Shown here: positions 1 to 14,861 of the stretch, piece by piece
Numbering within the stretch: the first letter of the stretch is position 1
Layout of the letters: every line of letters starts with the position of its first letter
NCBI RefSeq assembly: GCF_055900595.2
Contig: NZ_CM148325.1
Length of the DNA: 64,000 bases
Direction: 5' to 3' (one strand)
The notes under the pieces: generated by a model
Told to the model about the DNA's origin: nothing
The model's input: only the letters and a program-made list of their open reading frames with translations
The model's database searches: none
Position numbers and translations under genes: made by a program

Positions 1-56
1 ATCCTGCCGATATTATCCCACAACTGCTGGATGAACAGAGAGTACAGGCTGTTTAA
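1..56 (+). CDS. flhC: FlhC flagellar master regulator subunit, C-terminal fragment (gene starts upstream of window)
   Basis: Frame 2 reads PADIIPQLLDEQRVQAV then TAA at 54-56; matches recalled FlhC C-terminus and its expected position upstream of motA. Confidence 0.7.
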   Translation, partial: PADIIPQLLDEQRVQAV

Positions 57-182
57 CTGATACGGTGAGGCGCAACATTCCAGCAGCGGTAACGACGTAC
101 CGCTGCTTTTTTTTGCCCCAATCGCGCGTTAACGCCTGACGACTGAACATCCTGTCATGGTCAACAGTGGAAGGATGATGTC

Positions 183-1066
183 GTGCTTATCTTATTAGGT
201 TACCTGGTTGTTCTCGGTACAGTTTTCGGCGGTTATTTGATGACCGGTGGAAGCCTTGGAGCACTCTATCAACCCGCTGAACTGGTGATTATTGCCGGTG
301 CAGGGATTGGGTCGTTTATCGTCGGCAATAATGGCAAAGCGATTAAAGGCACGCTGAAGGCGCTGCCGTTGCTGTTTCGTCGCTCCAAATACACCAAAGC
401 AATGTATATGGATCTGCTGGCTCTGCTTTATCGGTTGATGGCAAAATCGCGGCAGATGGGGATGTTTTCGCTGGAACGTGATATTGAAAATCCCCGTGAG
501 AGCGAGATCTTCGCCAGCTACCCACGCATCCTCGCGGATAGCGTCATGCTTGATTTTATCGTCGATTATCTGCGCCTGATTATCAGCGGTCACATGAACA
601 CCTTCGAAATCGAAGCCCTGATGGATGAAGAGATTGAGACGCACGAAAGCGAGGCAGAAGTCCCGGCGAACAGTCTGGCGCTGGTCGGGGACTCACTTCC
701 GGCGTTTGGTATTGTTGCGGCTGTAATGGGGGTCGTTCACGCGTTAGGTTCAGCCGATCGTCCTGCCGCCGAGCTGGGTGCGCTTATCGCACATGCGATG
801 GTGGGGACTTTCCTCGGCATTTTATTGGCTTACGGATTTATTTCCCCATTAGCGACTGTTTTACGTCAGAAAAGCGCCGAAACCAGCAAAATGATGCAGT
901 GCGTCAAAGTCACTCTGCTTTCTAATCTGAACGGTTACGCACCGCCTATCGCCGTTGAGTTTGGTCGCAAAACGCTCTATTCCAGCGAACGTCCGTCGTT
1001 TATTGAACTGGAAGAGCATGTGCGTGCGGTGAAAAATCCGCAACAACAGACGACAACCGAGGAAGC

Positions 1067-1070
<4 letters not shown>
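183..1070 (+). CDS. motA: Flagellar motor stator protein MotA (295 aa), GTG start
   Basis: ORF track 183..1070; translation [17 protein letters not shown]... and length match E. coli MotA; stop overlaps motB start (ATGA). Confidence 0.96.
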
Positions 1071-3962
<2,892 letters not shown>

Positions 3963-3982
3963 ATGAGTAAAAAGGTAACAAT

Positions 3983-4486
3983 ATGACCGGTATGACGAAT
4001 GTAACAAAGCTGGCCAGCGAGCCGTCAGGCCAGGAATTTCTGGTATTTACCCTTGGTGATGAAGAGTACGGTATTGATATCCTGAAAGTGCAGGAGATCC
4101 GTGGCTACGATCAGGTAACACGGATTGCGAACACGCCAGCGTTTATCAAAGGCGTCACGAATCTGCGCGGCGTTATTGTGCCGATTGTTGACTTACGAAT
4201 TAAGTTCAGCCAGGTGGATGTGGACTATAACGACAACACGGTAGTTATCGTCCTGAATCTCGGACAGCGGGTGGTCGGCATCGTGGTTGACGGCGTCTCA
4301 GACGTGCTTTCATTGACGGCGGAGCAAATTCGTCCGGCACCGGAATTTGCCGTGACGCTTTCAACAGAATATCTCACTGGACTGGGCGCACTGGGCGACC
4401 GGATGTTGATTCTGGTGAACATCGAAAAACTGCTGAACAGCGAAGAGATGGCGCTGTTAGATAGCGCGGCGTCAGAAGTGGCGTAA
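3983..4486 (+). CDS. cheW: Chemotaxis coupling protein CheW (167 aa)
   Basis: ORF track; [41 protein letters not shown]... Confidence 0.96.
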
Positions 4487-4512
4487 TTCTCCCGATTTCC
4501 TCAATTGAAATG

Positions 4513-4541
4513 AACCCGATGATCTGCGCATCGGGTTTTTT
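4513..4541 (+). terminator. Rho-independent terminator after cheW (end of motA-motB-cheA-cheW operon)
   Basis: Hairpin aacccgatg / catcgggtt followed by T-run (tcgggtttttt) read directly in sequence. Confidence 0.75.
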
Positions 4542-4572
4542 ATTTCAATTTCGCGGCGGGTGGCATCAGCAA

Positions 4573-4599
4573 TAAAGTTTCCCCCCTCCTTGCCGATAA
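4573..4599 (+). promoter_or_regulatory. sigma28 (FliA) class III promoter of the tar-tap-cheRBYZ operon
   Basis: TAAAGTTT (4573-4580), 11-nt spacer, GCCGATAA (4592-4599): perfect match to the sigma28 consensus, about 30 nt upstream of tar ATG. Confidence 0.85.
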
Positions 4600-4630
4600 C
4601 GAGATCAACTTGTTTTCAGGAAGGTGCCTT

Positions 4631-6292
4631 ATGATTAACCGTATCCGCGTAGTCACGCTGTTGGTAATGGTGCTGGGGGTATTCGCACTGTTACAGCTTA
4701 TTTCCGGCAGTCTGTTTTTTTCTTCCCTTCACCATAGCCAGAAGAGCTTTGTGGTTTCCAATCAATTACGGGAACAGCAGGGCGAGCTGACGTCAACCTG
4801 GGATTTAATGCTGCAAACGCGCATTAACCTGAGTCGTTCAGCGGTACGGATGATGATGGATTCCTCCAATCAACAAAGTAACGCCAAAGTTGAATTGCTC
4901 GATAGCGCCAGGAAAACATTGGCGCAGGCAGCGACGCATTATAAAAAATTCAAAAGCATGGCACCGTTACCTGAAATGGTCGCTACCAGTCGTAATATTG
5001 ATGAAAAATATAAAAACTATTACACAGCGTTAACTGAACTGATTGATTATCTAGATTATGGCAATACTGGAGCTTATTTCGCTCAGCCAACCCAGGGAAT
5101 GCAAAATGCAATGGGCGAAGCGTTTGCTCAGTACGCCCTCAGCAGTGAAAAACTGTATCGCGATATCGTCACTGACAACGCAGATGATTACCGATTTGCC
5201 CAGTGGCAACTGGCGGTTATCGCGCTGGTGGTGGTATTGATTCTGCTGGTGGCGTGGTACGGCATTCGCCGTATGTTGCTTACTCCGCTGGCAAAAATTA
5301 TTGCTCACATTCGCGAAATCGCCGGTGGTAACCTGGCGAATACCCTGACCATTGACGGGCGCAGTGAAATGGGCGACCTGGCGCAGAGCGTTTCACATAT
5401 GCAACGCTCTTTGACTGACACCGTCACTCATGTCCGCGAAGGTTCAGATGCCATCTATGCCGGTACCCGTGAAATTGCGGCGGGCAACACCGATCTTTCC
5501 TCCCGTACTGAACAGCAGGCATCCGCGCTGGAAGAAACTGCCGCCAGCATGGAGCAGCTCACCGCGACAGTGAAGCAAAACGCCGATAACGCCCGCCAGG
5601 CCTCGCAACTGGCGCAAAGTGCCTCCGACACCGCCCAGCACGGCGGCAAAGTGGTGGATGGCGTAGTGAAAACGATGCATGAGATCGCCGATAGTTCGAA
5701 GAAAATTGCCGACATTATCAGCGTTATCGACGGTATTGCCTTCCAGACTAATATCCTCGCGCTGAATGCCGCGGTTGAAGCCGCGCGTGCGGGTGAACAG
5801 GGCCGTGGTTTTGCCGTGGTGGCGGGTGAAGTGCGTAATCTTGCCAGTCGCAGCGCCCAGGCGGCAAAAGAGATCAAAGCCCTCATTGAAGACTCCGTCT
5901 CACGCGTTGATACCGGTTCGGTGCTGGTCGAAAGCGCCGGGGAAACAATGAACAATATCGTCAATGCTGTCACTCGCGTGACTGACATTATGGGCGAGAT
6001 TGCATCGGCATCGGATGAACAGAGCCGTGGCATCGATCAAGTCGCATTGGCGGTTTCGGAAATGGATCGCGTCACGCAACAGAACGCATCGCTGGTGCAG
6101 GAATCAGCTGCCGCCGCCGCTGCGCTGGAAGAACAGGCGAGTCGTTTAACGCAAGCGGTTTCCGCGTTCCGTCTGGCAGCCAGCCCACTCACCAATAAAC
6201 CGCAAACACCATCCCGTCCTGCCAGTGAGCAACCACCGGCACAGCCACGACTGCGAATTGCTGAACAAGATCCAAACTGGGAAACATTTTGA
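4631..6292 (+). CDS. tar: Methyl-accepting chemotaxis protein II Tar (aspartate/maltose receptor, 553 aa)
   Basis: ORF track 4610..6292 trimmed to ATG 4631 ([16 protein letters not shown]...); RBS caggaagg upstream; C-terminus ends NWETF. Confidence 0.95.
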   Translation: MINRIRVVTLLVMVLGVFALLQLISGSLFFSSLHHSQKSFVVSNQLREQQGELTSTWDLMLQTRINLSRSAVRMMMDSSNQQSNAKVELLDSARKTLAQAATHYKKFKSMAPLPEMVATSRNIDEKYKNYYTALTELIDYLDYGNTGAYFAQPTQGMQNAMGEAFAQYALSSEKLYRDIVTDNADDYRFAQWQLAVIALVVVLILLVAWYGIRRMLLTPLAKIIAHIREIAGGNLANTLTIDGRSEMGDLAQSVSHMQRSLTDTVTHVREGSDAIYAGTREIAAGNTDLSSRTEQQASALEETAASMEQLTATVKQNADNARQASQLAQSASDTAQHGGKVVDGVVKTMHEIADSSKKIADIISVIDGIAFQTNILALNAAVEAARAGEQGRGFAVVAGEVRNLASRSAQAAKEIKALIEDSVSRVDTGSVLVESAGETMNNIVNAVTRVTDIMGEIASASDEQSRGIDQVALAVSEMDRVTQQNASLVQESAAAAAALEEQASRLTQAVSAFRLAASPLTNKPQTPSRPASEQPPAQPRLRIAEQDPNWETF

Positions 6293-6337
6293 CGAGTATT
6301 TACTAACGCGGTCATTGCCGCCTGATGGGGAGCGTTG

Positions 6338-7939
6338 ATGTTTAATCGTATTCGAATTTCGACCACGCTGTTTTTAATTTTGATTCTCTGCGGGATCTTG
6401 CAGATTGGCAGTAACGGCATGTCTTTTTGGGCATTTCGCGACGATTTGCAACGACTGAATCAGGTCGAGCAGAGCAATCAGCAACGTGCGGCATTAGCGC
6501 AAACTCGGGCGGTAATGTTACAGGCCAGTACCGCGCTGAACAAAGCGGGCACTCTGACGGCACTTAGCTATCCGGCGGATGACATTAAAACGTTGATGAC
6601 GACGGCGCGCGCCAGTCTGACGCAATCCACCACGCTGTTTAAAAGTTTTATGGCGATGACTGCGGGCAACGAGCACGTCAGGGCATTGCAAAAAGAGACG
6701 GAGAAAAGTTTTGCCCGCTGGCACAACGATCTCGAACATCAGGCGACCTGGCTTGAAAGTAATCAACTTTCGGATTTCCTCACTGCGCCGGTGCAGGGAT
6801 CACAGAATGCGTTTGACGTTAACTTTGAGGCCTGGCAGCTGGAGATCAACCATGTGCTGGAAGCCGCCAGTGCGCAAAGCCAGCGTAACTATCAGATTTC
6901 GGCACTGGTGTTTATCAGCATGATTATTGTTGCGGCGATCTACATCAGCAGTGCGCTGTGGTGGACGCGCAAGATGATTGTTCAACCACTGGCCATTATC
7001 GGTAGCCATTTTGACAGCATTGCTGCGGGTAATCTGGCGCGTCCGATTGCGGTATATGGTCGTAATGAGATCACCGCCATTTTTGCCAGTCTGAAGACCA
7101 TGCAGCAGGCTTTGCGTGGGACGGTAAGTGATGTGCGTAAGGGAAGCCAGGAGATGCACATTGGTATCGCGGAGATTGTCGCAGGCAATAACGATCTCTC
7201 AAGTCGTACCGAACAGCAGGCGGCATCGCTGGCACAAACGGCCGCCAGTATGGAGCAATTAACCGCCACGGTAGGGCAAAACGCCGATAACGCACGACAG
7301 GCGTCGGAACTGGCAAAAAATGCCGCGACAACGGCGCAGGCGGGCGGTGTTCAGGTCAGTACCATGACTCACACCATGCAGGAGATCGCCACCAGCTCGC
7401 AAAAAATTGGCGACATTATCAGCGTTATCGACGGAATTGCTTTCCAGACCAATATTCTGGCCCTGAATGCAGCAGTGGAAGCGGCTCGCGCCGGAGAGCA
7501 GGGGCGTGGTTTTGCGGTAGTGGCAGGTGAAGTGCGCAATCTTGCCAGCCGTAGCGCGCAGGCAGCAAAAGAGATCAAAGGGCTGATCGAAGAGTCAGTC
7601 AATCGTGTCCAGCAGGGTTCGAAACTGGTGAATAACGCCGCCGCGACCATGATCGATATTGTCAGTTCGGTGACCCGCGTGAACGACATTATGGGAGAAA
7701 TTGCCTCTGCGTCGGAAGAACAACAGCGGGGGATTGAGCAGGTTGCACAGGCTGTCAGCCAGATGGATCAGGTGACTCAGCAGAACGCCTCGCTGGTAGA
7801 AGAAGCGGCGGTGGCAACGGAACAACTGGCGAATCAGGCCGACCATCTTTCGTCGCGTGTGGCGGTATTTACCCTTGAAGAATATGAAGTAGCACGACAT
7901 GAGTCGGTGCAGTTACAAATTGCGCCAGTGGTATCCTGA
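6338..7939 (+). CDS. tap: Methyl-accepting chemotaxis protein IV Tap (dipeptide/pyrimidine receptor, 533 aa)
   Basis: ORF track 6335..7939 trimmed to ATG 6338 (MFNRIRISTTLFLILIL...); signalling domain near-identical to Tar; no NWETF tail. Confidence 0.95.
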   Translation: MFNRIRISTTLFLILILCGILQIGSNGMSFWAFRDDLQRLNQVEQSNQQRAALAQTRAVMLQASTALNKAGTLTALSYPADDIKTLMTTARASLTQSTTLFKSFMAMTAGNEHVRALQKETEKSFARWHNDLEHQATWLESNQLSDFLTAPVQGSQNAFDVNFEAWQLEINHVLEAASAQSQRNYQISALVFISMIIVAAIYISSALWWTRKMIVQPLAIIGSHFDSIAAGNLARPIAVYGRNEITAIFASLKTMQQALRGTVSDVRKGSQEMHIGIAEIVAGNNDLSSRTEQQAASLAQTAASMEQLTATVGQNADNARQASELAKNAATTAQAGGVQVSTMTHTMQEIATSSQKIGDIISVIDGIAFQTNILALNAAVEAARAGEQGRGFAVVAGEVRNLASRSAQAAKEIKGLIEESVNRVQQGSKLVNNAAATMIDIVSSVTRVNDIMGEIASASEEQQRGIEQVAQAVSQMDQVTQQNASLVEEAAVATEQLANQADHLSSRVAVFTLEEYEVARHESVQLQIAPVVS

Positions 7940-7957
7940 AGTGATTGAGAAGGCGCT

Positions 7958-8818
7958 ATGACTTCATCTCTGCCCTGTGGGCAAACGTCTTTATTGTTAC
8001 AGATGACCGAGCGCCTGGCGCTTTCCGACGCGCATTTTCGGCGGATAAGTCAATTGATCTATCAACGAGCCGGGATCGTTCTGGCTGACCATAAACGCGA
8101 CATGGTTTACAACCGACTGGTTCGTCGTTTGCGTTCGCTGGGACTGACGGATTTCGGTCATTATCTGAACTTGCTGGAATCTAATCAGCACAGCGGTGAG
8201 TGGCAGGCGTTTATCAATTCGCTGACCACGAATCTGACGGCATTTTTCCGTGAGGCACACCATTTCCCTCTGCTCGCGGATCACGCACGTCGCCGTTCTG
8301 GCGAGTATCGCGTATGGAGCGCGGCGGCTTCGACCGGCGAAGAGCCGTACAGCATTGCGATGACGCTGGCTGACACATTGGGCACCGCGCCCGGACGCTG
8401 GAAAGTGTTTGCCAGTGATATCGACACCAAAGTGCTGGAAAAAGCCAGAAGCGGTATTTATCGCCATGAAGAGTTGAAAAACCTGACGCCGCAGCAACTG
8501 CAACGGTATTTCATGCGAGGGACGGGACCGCATGAAGGGCTGGTACGCGTGCGTCAGGAGCTGGCGAACTATGTTGATTTTGCCCCGCTGAATCTACTGG
8601 CGAAACAGTACACCGTGCCGGGGCCGTTTGATGCGATCTTCTGTCGTAACGTCATGATCTACTTCGATCAAAATACCCAGCAGGAGATTTTGCGCCGCTT
8701 TGTTCCGCTCCTTAAACCCGACGGATTGCTGTTTGCGGGTCACTCTGAAAACTTTAGCCACCTTGAGCGCCGCTTCACGCTGCGTGGTCAGACGGTGTAT
8801 GCGCTAAGTAAGGATTAA
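7958..8818 (+). CDS. cheR: Chemotaxis methyltransferase CheR (286 aa)
   Basis: ORF track; [40 protein letters not shown]... Confidence 0.96.
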
Positions 8819-8820
8819 CG

Positions 8821-10274
<1,454 letters not shown>

Positions 10275-10284
10275 GGATGCGACT

Positions 10285-10929
10285 ATGATGCAACCATCAA
10301 TCAAACCTGCTGACGAGCATTCAGCTGGCGATATCATTGCGCGCATCGGCAGCCTGACGCGTATGCTGCGCGACAGTTTGCGGGAACTGGGGCTGGATCA
10401 GGCCATTGCCGAAGCGGCGGAAGCCATCCCCGATGCGCGCGATCGTTTGTACTATGTTGTGCAGATGACCGCCCAGGCTGCGGAGCGGGCGCTGAACAGT
10501 GTTGAGGCGTCACAACCGCATCAGGATCAAATGGAGAAATCAGCAAAAGCGTTAACCCAACGTTGGGATGACTGGTTTGCCGATCCGATTGACCTTGCCG
10601 ACGCCCGTGAACTGGTAACAGATACACGACAATTTCTGGCAGATGTACCCGCGCATACCAGCTTTACTAACGCGCAACTGCTGGAAATCATGATGGCGCA
10701 GGATTTTCAGGATCTCACCGGGCAGGTCATTAAGCGGATGATGGATGTCATTCAGGAGATCGAACGCCAGTTGCTGATGGTGCTGTTGGAAAACATCCCG
10801 GAACAGGAGTCGCGTCCAAAACGTGAAAACCAGAGTTTGCTTAATGGACCTCAGGTCGATACCAGCAAAGCCGGTGTGGTAGCCAGTCAGGATCAGGTGG
10901 ACGATTTGTTGGATAGTCTTGGATTTTGA
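10285..10929 (+). CDS. cheZ: CheY-P phosphatase CheZ (214 aa)
   Basis: ORF track 10255..10929 trimmed to ATG 10285 ([22 protein letters not shown]...); 10255 start would overlap cheY. Confidence 0.94.
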
Positions 10930-10937
10930 TTTGTATT

Positions 10938-11005
10938 GCCTGATGTGGCGTGACCACGTCATATCAGGCGGTCTGATAAGGCGATGACGCCGCATCCGAC
11001 AAACG
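10938..11005. repeat. REP-type extragenic palindromes between cheZ and flhB
   Basis: Imperfect palindromes gcctgatgtggcgtgaccacgtcatatcaggcg and ggcgatgacgccgcatccgacaaacg with the GCCGCATCCG REP core. Confidence 0.6.
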
Positions 11006-11130
11006 CACACTATGCTTGATGTGTGGCAGCAAAAGCCCTAAATCCCGCCTGTTTTGCCCCTTACTCAAACCATTGAACGCTTTGCGCTCTGGCATCATTC
11101 ACGCTTAATACTCTTTCCAGGATTGGCGAC

Positions 11131-12279
11131 GTGTCTGACGAGAGCGACGACAAAACAGAAGCCCCCACACCTCACCGACTAGAAAAAGCGCGGGAAGAGG
11201 GGCAAATCCCGCGTTCCCGTGAACTGACCTCACTGCTGATTTTGCTGGTGGGCGTTAGTGTTATCTGGTTTGGCGGTGTGTCGCTGGCCCGTCGATTGTC
11301 GGGCATGCTCTCCGCTGGGCTGCATTTTGATCACAGTATTATCAAAGACCCGAATCTGATCCTCGGGCAGATTATTCTGCTGATCAGAGAAGCCATGCTG
11401 GCGCTGCTGCCACTGATTAGCGGCGTGGTACTGGTGGCGCTCATTTCTCCGGTCATGCTGGGAGGGCTGGTATTTAGCGGCAAATCCTTGCAGCCGAAGT
11501 TTTCCAAACTCAACCCGCTACCGGGCATTAAACGGATGTTCTCGGCTCAGACTGGCGCGGAGTTGCTTAAAGCAATTTTGAAAACCATCCTGGTTGGCAG
11601 CGTGACGGGGTTTTTTCTCTGGCATCACTGGCCGCAGATGATGCGCTTAATGGCCGAGTCTCCGATTACCGCCATGGGTAATGCGATGGATTTGGTAGGG
11701 CTATGCGCACTGCTGGTGGTGCTTGGTGTCATTCCAATGGTGGGATTTGACGTCTTTTTCCAAATCTTCAGCCACCTGAAAAAGCTGCGAATGTCGCGGC
11801 AGGATATTCGTGATGAGTTCAAACAAAGCGAAGGCGACCCCCATGTTAAAGGACGGATCCGTCAGATGCAGCGAGCTGCCGCACGGCGTCGGATGATGGC
11901 CGATGTGCCGAAAGCGGATGTCATTGTCAATAACCCGACCCACTATTCGGTAGCGTTGCAGTATGACGAAAACAAAATGAGCGCACCGAAAGTGGTCGCT
12001 AAAGGTGCAGGGCTGGTCGCGCTGCGCATTCGTGAAATTGGCGCTGAAAATAACGTCCCGACGCTTGAAGCGCCGCCGCTGGCGCGAGCGCTGTATCGAC
12101 ATGCGGAGATTGGTCAACAAATCCCGGGTCAACTGTACGCCGCGGTGGCGGAAGTGCTGGCCTGGGTCTGGCAACTGAAACGCTGGCGTCTGGCTGGTGG
12201 ACAGCGCCCTGTACAACCTACTCATCTTCCGGTGCCGGAAGCCCTGGATTTTATTAACGAGAAACCGACCCATGAGTAA
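11131..12279 (+). CDS. flhB: Flagellar type III export gate protein FlhB (382 aa), GTG start
   Basis: ORF track; MSDESDDKTEAPTPHRLEKAREEGQIPRSRELTSL... Confidence 0.95.
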   Translation: MSDESDDKTEAPTPHRLEKAREEGQIPRSRELTSLLILLVGVSVIWFGGVSLARRLSGMLSAGLHFDHSIIKDPNLILGQIILLIREAMLALLPLISGVVLVALISPVMLGGLVFSGKSLQPKFSKLNPLPGIKRMFSAQTGAELLKAILKTILVGSVTGFFLWHHWPQMMRLMAESPITAMGNAMDLVGLCALLVVLGVIPMVGFDVFFQIFSHLKKLRMSRQDIRDEFKQSEGDPHVKGRIRQMQRAAARRRMMADVPKADVIVNNPTHYSVALQYDENKMSAPKVVAKGAGLVALRIREIGAENNVPTLEAPPLARALYRHAEIGQQIPGQLYAAVAEVLAWVWQLKRWRLAGGQRPVQPTHLPVPEALDFINEKPTHE

Positions 12280-14350
12280 TCTGGCCGCGATGCTGCGCCT
12301 GCCCGCAAACCTGAAATCGACACAATGGCAGATCCTTGCCGGACCGATTTTGATCCTGTTGATCTTGTCGATGATGGTGCTGCCACTGCCCGCATTCATA
12401 CTCGACCTGTTGTTTACCTTCAATATTGCCTTGTCGATCATGGTGTTGCTGGTGGCGATGTTTACCCAGCGCACGCTTGAGTTTGCTGCGTTTCCGACCA
12501 TTCTGTTGTTTACCACGCTGTTGCGTCTGGCACTTAACGTGGCTTCAACCCGTATCATTTTAATGGAAGGGCATACCGGCGCGGCGGCGGCAGGGAAGGT
12601 GGTCGAAGCGTTCGGTCACTTCCTCGTTGGTGGCAATTTCGCTATCGGTATCGTGGTGTTTGTCATTCTCGTGATCATCAACTTTATGGTCATTACCAAA
12701 GGTGCCGGGCGTATCGCAGAAGTGGGTGCGCGCTTTGTTCTCGATGGTATGCCGGGTAAGCAGATGGCGATTGACGCCGACCTTAACGCCGGATTGATTG
12801 GTGAAGATGAGGCGAAAAAACGCCGCTCCGAAGTGACTCAGGAAGCCGATTTTTACGGCTCAATGGACGGGGCAAGTAAGTTTGTTCGCGGCGATGCCAT
12901 CGCCGGGATCCTCATCATGGTCATTAACGTTGTCGGCGGGTTGCTGGTCGGCGTGCTGCAACATGGCATGAGCATGGGACACGCGGCGGAAAGTTATACG
13001 CTATTGACCATTGGCGACGGTCTGGTGGCACAAATTCCGGCGCTGGTGATTTCTACCGCCGCGGGGGTCATCGTTACGCGTGTCAGCACCGATCAGGATG
13101 TTGGCGAGCAGATGGTGAATCAGCTTTTCAGTAACCCAAGCGTTATGTTGTTAAGCGCCGCCGTGCTCGGTTTACTCGGCCTGGTGCCTGGAATGCCGAA
13201 CCTGGTATTTTTGCTGTTCACTGCCGGATTGCTCGGGCTGGCCTGGTGGATACGCGGACGCGAACAAAAAGCGCCTGCCGAACCCAAACCGGTAAAAATG
13301 GCAGAGAATAATACCGTTGTCGAAGCGACGTGGAACGATGTACAACTGGAAGATTCTCTGGGAATGGAAGTGGGTTATCGACTGATCCCGATGGTCGATT
13401 TCCAGCAGGATGGTGAGTTGTTGGGCCGTATACGCAGTATCCGCAAGAAATTTGCCCAGGAGATGGGATTTCTGCCGCCAGTGGTGCACATTCGCGACAA
13501 TATGGATCTGCAACCTGCCCGCTATCGCATTTTGATGAAAGGCGTGGAGATTGGCAGTGGTGATGCTTATCCGGGGCGCTGGCTGGCGATTAACCCTGGA
13601 ACCGCTGCCGGGACGTTACCTGGTGAGGCGACCGTCGATCCGGCATTTGGCCTGAATGCTATCTGGATTGAAAGTGCGCTAAAAGAACAGGCGCAGATTC
13701 AGGGGTACACAGTGGTTGAGGCCAGCACGGTGGTAGCAACGCATCTTAACCACCTCATTAGCCAGCATGCCGCAGAGCTGTTTGGTCGTCAGGAGGCGCA
13801 ACAGCTGTTGGATCGCGTCGCCCAGGAGATGCCAAAGCTGACGGAAGATCTCGTTCCTGGCGTCGTCACGCTCACCACACTGCATAAAGTGCTGCAAAAT
13901 CTCCTCGATGAAAAAGTACCGATTCGCGATATGCGCACCATTCTCGAAACGCTGGCGGAACATGCGCCCATCCAAAGCGATCCACATGAATTAACCGCCG
14001 TCGTGCGCGTGGCGTTGGGACGGGCGATTACCCAGCAGTGGTTTCCTGGCAAAGATGAAGTCCATGTTATTGGCCTCGATACACCGCTGGAACGTTTGTT
14101 ACTACAGGCGCTGCAGGGCGGGGGAGGACTGGAGCCAGGGCTGGCGGATCGTTTACTGGCGCAAACTCAGGAAGCGCTATCCCGTCAGGAGATGCTGGGT
14201 GCGCCGCCAGTATTGTTGGTGAACCACGCGCTGCGACCATTATTGTCTCGCTTCCTGCGCCGCAGCTTGCCGCAGTTAGTGGTCCTGTCGAATCTGGAAC
14301 TGTCTGATAACCGACATATCCGCATGACGGCGATAATTGGCGGCAAATAA
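12272..14350 (+). CDS. flhA: Flagellar type III export gate protein FlhA (692 aa)
   Basis: ORF track 12197..14350 trimmed to ATG 12272 (MSNLAAMLRLPANLKSTQWQILAGP...); overlaps flhB end by 8 nt. Confidence 0.94.
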   Translation: MSNLAAMLRLPANLKSTQWQILAGPILILLILSMMVLPLPAFILDLLFTFNIALSIMVLLVAMFTQRTLEFAAFPTILLFTTLLRLALNVASTRIILMEGHTGAAAAGKVVEAFGHFLVGGNFAIGIVVFVILVIINFMVITKGAGRIAEVGARFVLDGMPGKQMAIDADLNAGLIGEDEAKKRRSEVTQEADFYGSMDGASKFVRGDAIAGILIMVINVVGGLLVGVLQHGMSMGHAAESYTLLTIGDGLVAQIPALVISTAAGVIVTRVSTDQDVGEQMVNQLFSNPSVMLLSAAVLGLLGLVPGMPNLVFLLFTAGLLGLAWWIRGREQKAPAEPKPVKMAENNTVVEATWNDVQLEDSLGMEVGYRLIPMVDFQQDGELLGRIRSIRKKFAQEMGFLPPVVHIRDNMDLQPARYRILMKGVEIGSGDAYPGRWLAINPGTAAGTLPGEATVDPAFGLNAIWIESALKEQAQIQGYTVVEASTVVATHLNHLISQHAAELFGRQEAQQLLDRVAQEMPKLTEDLVPGVVTLTTLHKVLQNLLDEKVPIRDMRTILETLAEHAPIQSDPHELTAVVRVALGRAITQQWFPGKDEVHVIGLDTPLERLLLQALQGGGGLEPGLADRLLAQTQEALSRQEMLGAPPVLLVNHALRPLLSRFLRRSLPQLVVLSNLELSDNRHIRMTAIIGGK

Positions 14351-14742
14351 TGAGAACCTTATTAGCAATATTATTGTTTCCGCTGCTGGTGCAAGCCGCC
14401 GGGGAGGGGATGTGGCAGGCAAGTAGTGTAGGAATTACGCTAAATCATCGCGGTGAGTCGATGTCGTCTGCGCCTCTTTCTACGCGACAACCTGCTTCAG
14501 GATTGATGACGCTGGTAGCGTGGCGTTATCAGCTTATCGGCCCGACACCTTCAGGACTGCGGGTTCGCTTGTGTTCGCAATCTCGTTGTGTCGAATTAGA
14601 GGGGCAGAGCGGAACCACCGTGGCCTTTTCCGGTATAGCGGCAGCAGAACCGTTGCGCTTTATCTGGGAAGTGCCTGGCGGTGGGCGGTTAATTCCGCCG
14701 CTGAAAGTACAACGTAATGAAGTGATTGTGAATTATCGCTGA
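14350..14742 (+). CDS. flhE: Flagellar protein FlhE (130 aa, signal peptide)
   Basis: ORF track; MRTLLAILLFPLLVQAAGEGMWQ...; start overlaps flhA stop (TAATG). Confidence 0.93.
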   Translation: MRTLLAILLFPLLVQAAGEGMWQASSVGITLNHRGESMSSAPLSTRQPASGLMTLVAWRYQLIGPTPSGLRVRLCSQSRCVELEGQSGTTVAFSGIAAAEPLRFIWEVPGGGRLIPPLKVQRNEVIVNYR

Positions 14743-14801
14743 AGGACAAAAAAATTACGCGCTCGCGAGTATGTTTAATAACTCAGTGAAAAAGGCTCGA
14801 T

Positions 14802-14843
14802 GTTTTGTTGCAATTATTTATCAGGAATAGCTTGCAACAAAAC
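14802..14843. terminator. Long inverted repeat between convergent flhE and yecT (putative bidirectional terminator)
   Basis: 12-bp perfect arms gttttgttgcaa / ttgcaacaaaac around an 18-nt AT-rich loop. Confidence 0.5.
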
Positions 14844-14861
14844 ATGCCAAAAATATGTGAA

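Noticed and set aside
5455-6033. 192-aa ORF on the - strand, and a similar one at 7369..7689
   Set aside because: Antisense to the conserved signalling domains of tar and tap; Ala/Ser-rich frames arising from GC-rich coding sequence.
5690-7590. Repeated about 180-nt blocks, checked as a possible CRISPR-like or tandem repeat array
   Set aside because: They are the paralogous signalling domains of tar and tap within coding sequence; no short regular repeat-spacer structure and no cas genes anywhere in the window.
11701-12558. 285-aa ORF on the - strand
   Set aside because: Antisense to the flhB/flhA junction; no support beyond being open.
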